A stretch of 64,000 nucleotides of DNA from a virus (taxonomy: Duplodnaviria > Heunggongvirae > Uroviricota > Caudoviricetes). Made by a program: the position numbers and the translations under genes. The notes under the pieces were generated by a model. That model was given only the letters and a program-made list of their open reading frames with translations, was not told the origin of the DNA and searched no databases. Position 1 is the stretch's first letter; each line of letters opens with the position of its first letter. Location of the stretch: positions 1 to 64,000 of the IMG/VR virus record IMGVR_UViG_3300047994_000277. One strand, 5' to 3'. Positions 27,405 to 36,723 of the stretch are shown here, piece after piece.

Positions 27405-28383
27405 CCATCTTTACGGAACTAACACGCCTAGCTCTGATTTGGACTTTAAGGGCATCTACCTGCCGACTGCACAAGAAATTGTGCTAGGTCGCGTGAAGGG
27501 TACCATCCAAAAATCGCGTCCGAAAGCTGATTGCGAGCGCAATACCAAGGATGACGTGGATTCCGAATACTTCACGCTTTGTAGGTATCTTGAGCTTTTG
27601 ACTGAAGGTCAGACGGTAGCTTTGGACGTTCTGTTCGCTAATACCCTCACTTTCTATACGGTCCAAGGCACTGAGATTATGGCTCGGATCTATGAGAACC
27701 GTGAACGCCTTATCACGCGTAACGTGAATGCCTTCGTGGGTTACGCCCGCCAGCAGGCTGCTAAGTACGGCATCAAGGGATCCAGAATGGACGCACTTAA
27801 GCGCACCATGGAAATGTTGGACTCGCTAAAAGTGACTCCCGGATATCAGGATACTTTGGACTATTATACGTTTCCGATTGAGCAGCTGGTTCAGGAGACT
27901 AAAGAGCTTGTTTCCCTTGAAAAGACCGCCCTGATTGAGGTGGTTATGCTTAAAGGACCTAAAGGTGCTTTTGATGCTCCACACCTTCGTGTAAATGGTC
28001 GATCTATCCCATTTCATGCCAAAGTGAAGTACGCGAAGGAAGTGGTCGGTAAAATGCTCGACGGATACGGTCAGAGAGCCCATAAGGCTCATTTGGCCGG
28101 TGGAGTTGACTGGAAGGCCCTAAGCCATGCTGTTAGGGTCAATAGCGAGGCTATGGAGCTTCTTAAGACCAGCGTGATTACCTTCCCTAGGCCCGATAAG
28201 GAACTTTTGCTCAAGATCAAGAAGGGCGAGTTGCCATACGAGCAAGTAGCTGAATTGATTGAGCAAGGACTTGCCGATCTTTACGTGGCCCACGAGACGT
28301 CAACTTTACCTGACAAACCCGATCAGAAATTTGTTGACGACCTTCTCTACGAAGTGTATTCTGAAATTGTGAAAGGGGCATAA
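27373..28383 (+). CDS. pol-beta superfamily nucleotidyltransferase
   Basis: FGSHLYGTNTPSSDLDFKG matches GS-x(10)-DxD. Helical C-terminal domain. Confidence 0.65.
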   Translation: MNKILEFKFGSHLYGTNTPSSDLDFKGIYLPTAQEIVLGRVKGTIQKSRPKADCERNTKDDVDSEYFTLCRYLELLTEGQTVALDVLFANTLTFYTVQGTEIMARIYENRERLITRNVNAFVGYARQQAAKYGIKGSRMDALKRTMEMLDSLKVTPGYQDTLDYYTFPIEQLVQETKELVSLEKTALIEVVMLKGPKGAFDAPHLRVNGRSIPFHAKVKYAKEVVGKMLDGYGQRAHKAHLAGGVDWKALSHAVRVNSEAMELLKTSVITFPRPDKELLLKIKKGELPYEQVAELIEQGLADLYVAHETSTLPDKPDQKFVDDLLYEVYSEIVKGA

Positions 28384-28384
28384 C

Positions 28385-29338
28385 ATGCCTAAACTTACCG
28401 TGTTGGTTGGGCCTCCCGGCTCAGGAAAATCTACGCTTGCTAAGAAAATTATCGATCATACTCCCGACGACATTGATCGGCCTCAACCTGTTTATATCAA
28501 TCAGGATTCTCAAGGTCGCGATGGTCATATGGCTCTTTTTCAGGAGGCACTCGCTAATGGCAAAGATATTATTGTGGATCGCATGGGTTTCGACCGCAAC
28601 CAGCGTAATCGCTATATTTTTCCGGCCTCAGGACGCGGTTATGATACTAGAATCATCGTTCTGCATCAGCCTTATCGGGTATGTTTGGAGCGAGCACTTG
28701 CTCGAACAGAGCATGAAACGATTAAGGATGAAAAAGCAGCGCGATCCGCGCTGAGCACTTTTTTCTCTAAGTACGAGCGTCCTGAGCAGGGCGAGGCTGG
28801 TGAGATTGAATTTCGCTATCCTGAGGGCGATAAGCCTTCTGCGATCATTTGCGACCTCGACGGCACCCTTTGCAATGTGGACCATAGGCTTCATACGGTT
28901 CGCCCTCCTAAAGAATGGGCGGAAGAAATCGCACTGGCAAAGAGTGAAAAACGCCCTAACGTTCATGGTTGGAAGGCTAATTGGCCTGCTTTCTTTGATG
29001 GGATTCCAGGCGATGGCGTGAATCAGTGGTGCCAGGACATTCTCTTTTCCATGCAAGAGAAGGGTCATAAGATCGTTTTCTGCTCTGGGCGTCCTGATAA
29101 CCATAAACGTGCTACCAAGGACTGGCTGTGTAACAAAACCGGTTATTACAATCCTATCCTGTTTATGCGCCCGCGCGGAGACTCTAGGGACGATAGCATC
29201 GTTAAGGAAATTATCCTCGACTTTGAAATCTTGACAAGATTTACCCCCTATTTTATGATCGATGATAGGAAGCGTGTTTTCGAGATGTGGCGTAAACGCG
29301 GCTTCACTTGTTTGGCTTGTGCGAATGGAGATTTTTAA
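28385..29338 (+). CDS. polynucleotide 5'-kinase/3'-phosphatase (T4 Pnkp-like)
   Basis: N-terminal P-loop GPPGSGKST. C-terminal HAD motif ICDLDGTL. Same kinase-then-phosphatase order as T4 Pnkp. Confidence 0.8.
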   Translation: MPKLTVLVGPPGSGKSTLAKKIIDHTPDDIDRPQPVYINQDSQGRDGHMALFQEALANGKDIIVDRMGFDRNQRNRYIFPASGRGYDTRIIVLHQPYRVCLERALARTEHETIKDEKAARSALSTFFSKYERPEQGEAGEIEFRYPEGDKPSAIICDLDGTLCNVDHRLHTVRPPKEWAEEIALAKSEKRPNVHGWKANWPAFFDGIPGDGVNQWCQDILFSMQEKGHKIVFCSGRPDNHKRATKDWLCNKTGYYNPILFMRPRGDSRDDSIVKEIILDFEILTRFTPYFMIDDRKRVFEMWRKRGFTCLACANGDF

Positions 29339-29339
29339 T

Positions 29340-30572
29340 ATGTTTAGACCTTTATTGTGGCCTGCTAGTTGGTTTCAGAAGAAAGAAGAAAAGGTTGCGG
29401 AGAATACCGCCGAAACCTCCGCACCTGCTGCGGAGAATGCGGATGAAGGCAGCACTTTTCGTGTTCCCTACACCAGAATCTTGAACATTACTCCGCACAA
29501 TAACGCCGATAAGCTCGAAATTTGTTGGGTGTACGGTTTTCAGGTAGTTGCTCAGAAGGGCAAGTTCCAAGTGGGCGATAAGGTCGTTTACGTGCCTATC
29601 GATTCCATCCTCCCTCAATGGCTCGAAGATCGTCTCTTCCCTGCTGATGCTAAGATCAAGCTAACTAAGCATCGTGTGCGCCAGATCCGTATTCGTAAGT
29701 TTGCCTCACAAGGCATGTTAGTCAGTCTTTCTGACGTGCAGGACGAGGTCGGACAACCCTATGATGAGATGGATCTTAAGAAAATGCTTGGTATTAGCAA
29801 GTATGAGCCGCCAGTGCAAGGTCCCTCGTCTACTTTGGGCCTTGGGCGAAATCGCAACAAGAAACATGAGCATCCGTTGTTCCACAAGTACAACGGTCTC
29901 GATAATATCAAGTGGTTTCCAGACCTTTTCAAAGAAGGTGAGACCGAAGTGGTCATCCAGGAGAAACTCCATGGAACTAATGCCCGTGCGTCGAAGCTCC
30001 CATTTATCGCGAATACATGGCGTAAGAAGCTTAAGAAGATTTTTGGGTTGGCGCCCAAGGAAGAGCTTTGCTATGGGTCAAATAACGTAGATATCTCTGC
30101 GGCCACGGCCTACAAGGGTTTTTATGGCGAAGATGTTTACGGTAAGACCTTCGATTCTTGCAAGGTCTTTGAGAAGCTCAAGCTTGGCGAGATCGTCTTT
30201 GGCGAAATCATCGGCCCTGGTATCCAAAAGAACTACGACTATGGCCTTGGCGATCATCGCTTTGTCGTCTTTGACGTGAAAGTTCTCCAACCTGATGGGA
30301 AGTCGTTTAAGTGGCTTACTCCTCGCGAAGTAGCGCTGTACACCATTGAACGTGGTTTTGAGCACGTTCCTTGTTTGTACAAGGGAATGTATTACCGTGA
30401 ACTGGCCTTTAGCTTCACTAAGGGTCCTAGTGTGTATTGCCCTAAGCAGAAGGTACGTGAAGGTGTTGTTATTAAGGACGCCAATGCGTATGACTTTGGT
30501 GGCAACAAGCGTGCTCTGAAATGGGTGTCTGAAGATTATTTGGACGATACCTCTAACACGGATAATCACTGA
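29340..30572 (+). CDS. ATP-dependent RNA ligase (Rnl2/Rnl5-like, DraRnl-type N-terminal extension)
   Basis: Motif I EKLHGTN (KxHGxN) at about aa 215. Motif IV/V REGVVIKD and KRALKW. About 200 aa N-terminal extension. Confidence 0.75.
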   Translation: MFRPLLWPASWFQKKEEKVAENTAETSAPAAENADEGSTFRVPYTRILNITPHNNADKLEICWVYGFQVVAQKGKFQVGDKVVYVPIDSILPQWLEDRLFPADAKIKLTKHRVRQIRIRKFASQGMLVSLSDVQDEVGQPYDEMDLKKMLGISKYEPPVQGPSSTLGLGRNRNKKHEHPLFHKYNGLDNIKWFPDLFKEGETEVVIQEKLHGTNARASKLPFIANTWRKKLKKIFGLAPKEELCYGSNNVDISAATAYKGFYGEDVYGKTFDSCKVFEKLKLGEIVFGEIIGPGIQKNYDYGLGDHRFVVFDVKVLQPDGKSFKWLTPREVALYTIERGFEHVPCLYKGMYYRELAFSFTKGPSVYCPKQKVREGVVIKDANAYDFGGNKRALKWVSEDYLDDTSNTDNH

Positions 30573-30916
30573 TGAAGCTCATTATTGCGGGTTCTAGACA
30601 TTTAAAGGTTTCCGTAGATTTCATTGCGCAAATCTTGGATCAACAAAAGCTATTCCCTGCAGAGATAGTGTCTGGAGGAGCCACGGGCATCGATACTTGC
30701 GCGCATAGGTTTGCTAAGGATCAAAAGCTTGTATTTGCCCTATTCGAAGCCGATTGGAAGAGAAATGGCAAGGCTGCTGGACATGTTCGAAACCTTGCCA
30801 TGGCTCTATATGGAGACGCCCTGCTGCTTATTTGGGATGGAAAGTCCAAAGGTAGCGCTAATATGAGGGCTAGGATGGTAGCGCTCAAGAAACCAATTTA
30901 CGAGGTGATCTTATGA
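30572..30916 (+). CDS. SLOG/DprA-like Rossmann domain protein (DUF2493-like)
   Basis: IIAGSRH...SGGATGIDTCAH signature. ATGA overlap with the ligase gene. Confidence 0.6.
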   Translation: MKLIIAGSRHLKVSVDFIAQILDQQKLFPAEIVSGGATGIDTCAHRFAKDQKLVFALFEADWKRNGKAAGHVRNLAMALYGDALLLIWDGKSKGSANMRARMVALKKPIYEVIL

Positions 30917-31233
30917 ACGGCGATGTACCCCAAGAACATTTAGATCTTGCTAAGGAACTTAAGGCCTTTGAGGTAAGCGTGGATCGCGATCCTCTTCCTA
31001 AAGAGCGCAAGGCGCAAATGTATGTTTGCCTCGCGCACGATTGGTACGACATCGATATGGAAGAAGAGGGAGATAGGTTACTTGTGAAATCTTCCTTAGT
31101 TTGCCCTGGCTATTTCTCCAGCACTGTGATAGAACATCAGAGAGAGAATGAGGAGTTTGATTTAATCATTAGACAGCTCACCTCCAAGTTGTTAAACCTA
31201 TTAACGGACACCGTGAGAAATAAGTGCGGATAG
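30913..31233 (+). CDS. hypothetical acidic protein
   Basis: ATGA overlap upstream. Confidence 0.45.
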   Translation: MNGDVPQEHLDLAKELKAFEVSVDRDPLPKERKAQMYVCLAHDWYDIDMEEEGDRLLVKSSLVCPGYFSSTVIEHQRENEEFDLIIRQLTSKLLNLLTDTVRNKCG

Positions 31234-31469
31234 CATTGGAATGCATGTATTGTGGACATAAGTGGGATAAGGTTGTTTACAATCAACAATCTGTCGTAGA
31301 CGAATGTTGTCCAAAATGCAAAGACCGCTTCATCAAGGCTCGCGAATACAGCGCGTCTAAGATCGATACTTACATAGGGTGTCCACCTTTCCCCGTAAAA
31401 CTCAAAGAAGAGGATTCAGGATGGCCTTGGGGTTCGGGAGGCTTTGAAAATCCTGGAAGTGTAGACTGA
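31224..31469 (+). CDS. zinc-ribbon protein
   Basis: CMYCGH...CCPKC. The track gives a GTG start at 31224; an ATG at 31245 is the alternative. Confidence 0.45.
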   Translation: MRIALECMYCGHKWDKVVYNQQSVVDECCPKCKDRFIKAREYSASKIDTYIGCPPFPVKLKEEDSGWPWGSGGFENPGSVD

Positions 31470-31470
31470 G

Positions 31471-31674
31471 ATGTGCGTTGTTTGTAAAGAATGGATTGCC
31501 GGAAAAATGACCTCAAAAGAGGCACTTGGTAATTTAGGCGAATTAATGGTTGGTGCGGATAGTAAAGGAAAGGCTCATTACGAAGAAGTCGTTGAGAAAA
31601 TACTTGATAAAGAAGTTCCGGTAGTTCAAGACGATGAACTAGACCAGAGTTGGTACGAGGAGACTCATGAGTGA
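31471..31674 (+). CDS. small hypothetical protein
   Basis: CVVC motif, acidic tail. Confidence 0.4.
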   Translation: MCVVCKEWIAGKMTSKEALGNLGELMVGADSKGKAHYEEVVEKILDKEVPVVQDDELDQSWYEETHE

Positions 31675-32107
31675 AACCTTAAAAGCCTACTGCGGAATGC
31701 CAGAAGACAACAGTACTTATCTGGCTAATACCAAACTTATGCCGGCTACTCAGCCGATTGGTGAAGGTACTGTAGGCCTTTTAATGCTCATGTCTACTCT
31801 TCAATATCAGGCTCCGTATATGAACCCTATTTATTCAAACGCCGCCAGCCAAGCCGGAAAAGCCGCTTTTGTTCAGTCTGGCGGCCAAGGTACTCAAGAT
31901 AAGGTCATGCAAAAAGCTGAAGCTCAGGCCAAAGATGCCGCTCATTCTGTGGGTGTAACGGATACCGAGATAGGTATTGTATTGGGAAGCGCCAAGATCG
32001 TCAGAGATAAGCAAGTCGATCTTAACGGTCCTAAAATTTTTTTTATTAAAACTCACCTCACGGTCGGACAGGATCGCGGATCTGTCGGACTGAAAATGGA
32101 TTTCTAA
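31667..32107 (+). CDS. hypothetical protein
   Basis: Overlaps the upstream gene by 8 nt. Confidence 0.45.
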   Translation: MSETLKAYCGMPEDNSTYLANTKLMPATQPIGEGTVGLLMLMSTLQYQAPYMNPIYSNAASQAGKAAFVQSGGQGTQDKVMQKAEAQAKDAAHSVGVTDTEIGIVLGSAKIVRDKQVDLNGPKIFFIKTHLTVGQDRGSVGLKMDF

Positions 32108-32254
32108 TGCATCGTAACGCCAAATCCAGTTTAGCTTTCATTGTTATGTGGTCGGCAGTTTTGCTGATCGTCGGTTATACTGTTTATAAAAATGTTGAAT
32201 CTGCCGTTGAGTTTGTAAGTAGTATTCATTTTAAAACTGTAGACGAGATGATGG

Positions 32255-32740
32255 ATGGAAATCATTAAGTTCCCAGATGAAAGACTTCTTACTCCGTGTA
32301 AGCCCGTAACGGTCTTTACACCAGAGTTAAAGATCCTGCTGCAGTCTATGTGGGAAACCATGGTAGCCGCTAAAGGCGTTGGGCTTTCTGCCAATCAGGT
32401 CGGCCTCGAATACCGCATGTTCGTTATGGACGAGCATATTGAAAAGCATTTCATAGTTAATCCTGTAATCCTAGAAGCCGGTAAGCTCGCTTGTGATTTG
32501 GCCGAAGGATGCCTCAGCGCTCCAGGACAGACGATTAAGTTGAATAGGCCTAATTGGGTCACGCTGCGGTATCAGGATGAAAACGGTGAGTTCAGGCAGC
32601 GAACCTTCGTGGGTATTTATTCCGTTTGCGTGCAACACGAGATCGAGCATTTGGATGGAAAGTCTTTTTTGCTTAATAAGGCTATTCCCAAAAAGCTCCG
32701 TATTTTCCTTGCTAGCAAATGGGGTCTCAAAGTAAAATAA
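32255..32740 (+). CDS. def: peptide deformylase
   Basis: GLSANQVG, EGCLS and QHEIEHLDG motifs. Confidence 0.9.
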   Translation: MEIIKFPDERLLTPCKPVTVFTPELKILLQSMWETMVAAKGVGLSANQVGLEYRMFVMDEHIEKHFIVNPVILEAGKLACDLAEGCLSAPGQTIKLNRPNWVTLRYQDENGEFRQRTFVGIYSVCVQHEIEHLDGKSFLLNKAIPKKLRIFLASKWGLKVK

Positions 32741-32915
32741 GAACGTGAGAAGATTTAAGGCAATTATAGAATTTTTTGCAGTAGTAGCTTGCTTTGCAAT
32801 TGCTGGGTTTTTCTTGGGCGATGTCAAAGACAGCCCCAGGCTTTTCACTACCATTCTTGATTTTTTAGCATTTTGTACATTTTTCTTACTAGGCTTATCG
32901 TTTCTGTGAGGTTCC

Positions 32916-33746
32916 ATGATCAAAGCTGAAATTGTCTGCGATTCCGTTGCACCTTCCGGCGTTCGTCTGACCACTTTCGTTGTCACTTACCCGCGTTTCA
33001 TCCATGCGGAGTTCATGACGCATCGCGTATTTTCTAGAAACGCATCTTCGTCTCGCGCCATTCCGGTGAAGAAACAGATCGAGATGATCGAGAAGGAGCC
33101 TGTGATCCCTATCGCGTTCCGTAAGAACCGGAAAGGAATGCAGGCCGGCGAGTTATTGGACAATCAGGAGGAAGCCGTTAGGCTTTGGTTGGAAGGAAGA
33201 GACAGAGCGGTTGACATCGCGAAGAGGCTCGCCGACCTTGAAGTTCACAAACAGTATGCGAATCGTGTCCTGGAACCGTATGCTCATATTACAGTCGTAG
33301 TCACTGCCACCGATTGGGATAACTTCTTCGCGCTTCGCTGTCACGAGGCAGCTCAGCCCGAAATTCACGCCTTGGCCGATCTCATGTACGATGCCTATTT
33401 GTCAAGCACTCCTCGCGAACTTGTCAACGGTATGTGGCACATGCCTTTCGCAGGCGGGATGGATTGGTCCGACCTTTCTTCCCAAGAGCATCTCAAATGC
33501 TCTGTAGCACGCTGTGCTAGGGTTTCTTACTTAAACCACGACAAGACCGAGCCAACCCCTCGGCAAGACTTTGAGCTTTATGAGCGCCTCGTCGGCAATG
33601 CTCCACTGCACGCCTCTCCAGCTGAGCACCAGGCAATGGCCATTGGAGACGCCAGCGTGCGCTCAGGCAACTTCCGTGGCTGGATCCAATACCGCAAGAC
33701 CCTCAAGAACGAGAACGTGACTGGTTTTAGAAAGGCTGACGGATGA
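32916..33746 (+). CDS. thyX: FAD-dependent thymidylate synthase
   Basis: HRVFSRNASSSR aligns to the ThyX RHR-x7-S-x-R signature. Confidence 0.85.
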   Translation: MIKAEIVCDSVAPSGVRLTTFVVTYPRFIHAEFMTHRVFSRNASSSRAIPVKKQIEMIEKEPVIPIAFRKNRKGMQAGELLDNQEEAVRLWLEGRDRAVDIAKRLADLEVHKQYANRVLEPYAHITVVVTATDWDNFFALRCHEAAQPEIHALADLMYDAYLSSTPRELVNGMWHMPFAGGMDWSDLSSQEHLKCSVARCARVSYLNHDKTEPTPRQDFELYERLVGNAPLHASPAEHQAMAIGDASVRSGNFRGWIQYRKTLKNENVTGFRKADG

Positions 33747-34009
33747 ACGTAGATATAAATAAATATGCGATTAACAAAGATTTCGTATTTAAGAAATATA
33801 AGGCGCACAAGGAATTAAAGGGAGATGAGGAACTTTCCCCATTAATTTCACTACTTGCGTGCGCTACTATGTGCCCCTGCATCGTCGTTGGCTACTGGAT
33901 CGGAGAGGCGTCTAATTGGCATCCAGACGTGGTAGAGTCCATAAAAAGGTTGACAAAGTTCTACGGTTATACGAACATTATGGGTAAGCCACCTGGCGCG
34001 CCAATTTAG
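33743..34009 (+). CDS. small hypothetical protein
   Basis: ATGA overlap with thyX. Confidence 0.4.
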   Translation: MNVDINKYAINKDFVFKKYKAHKELKGDEELSPLISLLACATMCPCIVVGYWIGEASNWHPDVVESIKRLTKFYGYTNIMGKPPGAPI

Positions 34010-34016
34010 GAGATTT

Positions 34017-34457
34017 ATGAAAGTTCTATTTCTTGACATAGATGGAGTGATGAATAACTTTCACATGCGTAATTTTGGTCAGAAATTTTCTGAACCTTCG
34101 CGTGACGCTTTGAATTCTATTGTTGAGCGCGTTCCTGAGCTTAAAATCGTTATTTCTAGCGCCTGGCGCATGCACGGGCTTGTGTACATGCAGAAGATGC
34201 TTCATAAGAACAAAATTAAGGGTGCTCTCGATGAATTCGACGGTACCAACGTGATCGATTGCACGGGTCGCGAGGACGGTATTCGAGGCCACCAGATTCA
34301 GTGCTGGCTGGACCGTAATCCTGGCGTAACGAGTTTTGTGATTTTAGATGATGAGTCAGATATGGGTCATTTGATGGACAAGTTGGTAAAAACCAATTCT
34401 TTCGTAGGGCTGACCTCGAAAGAAGCAGATAGAGCTGTTGAAATTCTCAACAAATAG
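34017..34457 (+). CDS. HAD-family phosphatase/nucleotidase-like protein
   Basis: LFLDIDGVMN HAD motif I. Confidence 0.65.
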   Translation: MKVLFLDIDGVMNNFHMRNFGQKFSEPSRDALNSIVERVPELKIVISSAWRMHGLVYMQKMLHKNKIKGALDEFDGTNVIDCTGREDGIRGHQIQCWLDRNPGVTSFVILDDESDMGHLMDKLVKTNSFVGLTSKEADRAVEILNK

Positions 34458-34465
34458 GAGACGTT

Positions 34466-34801
34466 ATGAAGTTTAATAGACATTTGGAAATCGGCATCAA
34501 TGCAGTTATCGCACTTAAAAAGCGTAACACCCCTACGCGCGTTCAGGATCTTCTGGAAGAAGTCGGCACTACCCAAAACTTCCTTGAGCAAGTCATGCGC
34601 AAGCTTCGCGTCGAAGGTATCGTAGTTTCTGTCCGTGGTCCGGGCGGCGGCTACGTTTTGGCCAACACTCCTACTCCGATCACTGCTTACCATGTGGCTA
34701 AGGCCGTAGGCCGTGACTTTGGAGTTTTGAGTTTGGACCAAGCTCCGATGGATAGGCTTGGTAAGGCAATTACCGATGCTTACCTGAATACCGTTCTTTG
34801 A
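34466..34801 (+). CDS. Rrf2-family winged-helix transcriptional regulator
   Basis: Helix-turn-helix followed by SVRGPGGGYVL, as in Rrf2/IscR/NsrR. Confidence 0.65.
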   Translation: MKFNRHLEIGINAVIALKKRNTPTRVQDLLEEVGTTQNFLEQVMRKLRVEGIVVSVRGPGGGYVLANTPTPITAYHVAKAVGRDFGVLSLDQAPMDRLGKAITDAYLNTVL

Positions 34802-34810
34802 GAGGTTAAC

Positions 34811-35023
34811 ATGTCGGCAGAAAAGTGCGGTCCTATCACGGGCTTTGTGCTTCCATCTCCTGTTGTCGATAAAGCAGAGTTCGACCCCGAACTTGCCTGG
34901 AGCGATCGTTCCAAACATCTCTTGAGACGTATTCGTCATCGGGAGCCTGATTATCAGCCTTCTACTATCAAATCCATGTACGGTAAAGCGTACAGGATGG
35001 GACTCATCGATGAGCAGGACTAA
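34811..35023 (+). CDS. small hypothetical protein
   Basis: ORF only. Confidence 0.4.
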   Translation: MSAEKCGPITGFVLPSPVVDKAEFDPELAWSDRSKHLLRRIRHREPDYQPSTIKSMYGKAYRMGLIDEQD

Positions 35024-35082
35024 GAAGGGTAAGAAAGGTCCTGGACACGAATACTGGAGCAAGCGGCCTCTTAGCAGCAATC

Positions 35083-35532
35083 ATGGGGCCAGCCCTGGTA
35101 GAATCACTAAAGACATTACCCACGGAAAAGAGCGCGCTCAAGCCAAGCGAGAAGTCCATAAGGCTAAGAATGAAAAAGAAGATACTTGACTGGATTAGAC
35201 GATTTAGGCTGAATAGGATTAAAGTTGATGAAGGAGACGTTTATTACGGCGATCCGTTTGACTGGATCATTGGTAGTCATGTTGAGCAAGCTATGTGCCG
35301 AATGCGCGATCCTTCTGGCTATAATCGTCTGTGGGATCCTATTCCAAGCTTTGGTACTGTTCGCCTTACTGTTGATTCTGATTCTATGCCTTATTACCGA
35401 TGTACAATGGAAGTACTGGCTTCCAAGGTCAATGATCCGCAAACGATGGACTGGTTACGTCGTGCCGATCCTAAGAGAATATCGAAAGACAAGTTCAAAG
35501 AAATGATTTTAGAAGGAAAGTTGAAAAAATGA
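35083..35532 (+). CDS. hypothetical protein
   Basis: ORF only. An internal ATG is an alternative start. Confidence 0.45.
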   Translation: MGPALVESLKTLPTEKSALKPSEKSIRLRMKKKILDWIRRFRLNRIKVDEGDVYYGDPFDWIIGSHVEQAMCRMRDPSGYNRLWDPIPSFGTVRLTVDSDSMPYYRCTMEVLASKVNDPQTMDWLRRADPKRISKDKFKEMILEGKLKK

Positions 35533-35777
35533 GACTTTTACTCACAATAGTGGTTTTACTCGTTGGTTTGCATTCTTACAGGGCTGGCGTAAAGCATCAA
35601 CACCTTCGTAATTTGGAAGGGTACGGTTATGCCGCCGAATACGGGTGTTTAACCCATGCCCAAAAGGCCTGTTCGGAGTACCCTACTGATGATAAGAAAG
35701 CTGCCTGCAGGGAAGATGCGCTCAAGTTTTGCGGCGATTTAAACGAATCCTTTAAACGCTTTATGAGCCAATCTTAG
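35529..35777 (+). CDS. small secreted Cys-rich protein
   Basis: Signal-like N-terminus with six Cys. Confidence 0.45.
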   Translation: MRLLLTIVVLLVGLHSYRAGVKHQHLRNLEGYGYAAEYGCLTHAQKACSEYPTDDKKAACREDALKFCGDLNESFKRFMSQS

Positions 35778-36026
35778 TAGGGGCTGAGTAGTTTTCGCTC
35801 GGATCTTAAGCTGGTCATACGCACGGGAGAGCGTAGTTAAAGGCTAACAGTATTTCAGCAGTGTGAACACGTTAATGTAGGTACCCCGCCGCCAGTGATC
35901 CGAATACCTGGGTGCAACTCCCAGCAGCTCCACATTTTTGACAATCAGGGTTACCTGATGGCGCTTCAGCCTTCGATGAAGTAATCCGTTTATCCTTGTA
36001 CGGAGGTCTACCACAAGGTCCTTTTT

Positions 36027-36215
36027 ATGCCTCATAAAGTAGATAAACTCAAAACTGCTAAAATTTGTATCGACGCTATCGATATGTCGTGTGATGGCTA
36101 TCAGGATTCTGATGTAAAGAAAGCCAAGCGCAAAGAGCGTCAGAAGGGTCGTAAGGTCATTCGCGAGGAGCTTGCAGAGTATGGCGCATCACAAAAGAAA
36201 AAAGTCAAAGCGTAG
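36027..36215 (+). CDS. small basic protein
   Basis: ORF overlapping 36181..36330 in another frame. Confidence 0.35.
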   Translation: MPHKVDKLKTAKICIDAIDMSCDGYQDSDVKKAKRKERQKGRKVIREELAEYGASQKKKVKA

Positions 36216-36330
36216 CGTTCGTTGTACTATCTGTACAACACATCGATGGTCCGGCAATACCAAAGGTCGTTTCAAGCGCAAATACGAAGTGCGCAAGAAA
36301 GAGGCGACTAAAGAGATCAAAGAAAAATAA
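36181..36330 (+). CDS. very basic 49 aa protein (not in track)
   Basis: MAHHKRKKSKRS...CTICTTHRW. Ribosomal-protein-like composition. Followed by a T-run. Confidence 0.3.
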   Translation: MAHHKRKKSKRSVRCTICTTHRWSGNTKGRFKRKYEVRKKEATKEIKEK

Positions 36331-36723
36331 GCGGCTGCGTTTTTTACCTAAAGGGTTCTCATTTAACCCAGGCGAACCACCTTCTGGGCACCACTTACTT
36401 ATTCTCCGAGGTTGGGATCCCAACCTCATAGCGGCGGTGGTCCTATCATCCATCGAAGGCTCAACCGAATTTCCGCTATTAATTGTAGGCTAGTCGGTAC
36501 AGTTTTCAGCCGAAGAATTTCGCACGGCTTCTAGCGATCCTTGAGAGGGGACACTTTCAACCCCTCACGTATTTCCTACAATTTATTGAGGTGCGGGCCG
36601 GATTTTCACCGACTGCCAAAAGCCCTCTTCCTGCTACCCGGTAGAATTCCCATAGGACTGGTTAGGTACTAACTACGCTCGTTCACAGTGTAGCGTGTCT
36701 CTCCACGCCGCCGCACCAACTTG

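Noticed and set aside
36300-36345. Possible intrinsic terminator after the small basic ORF (GCGGCUGCG followed by a T-run).
   Set aside because: The putative stem is not self-complementary, so only the T-run is real.
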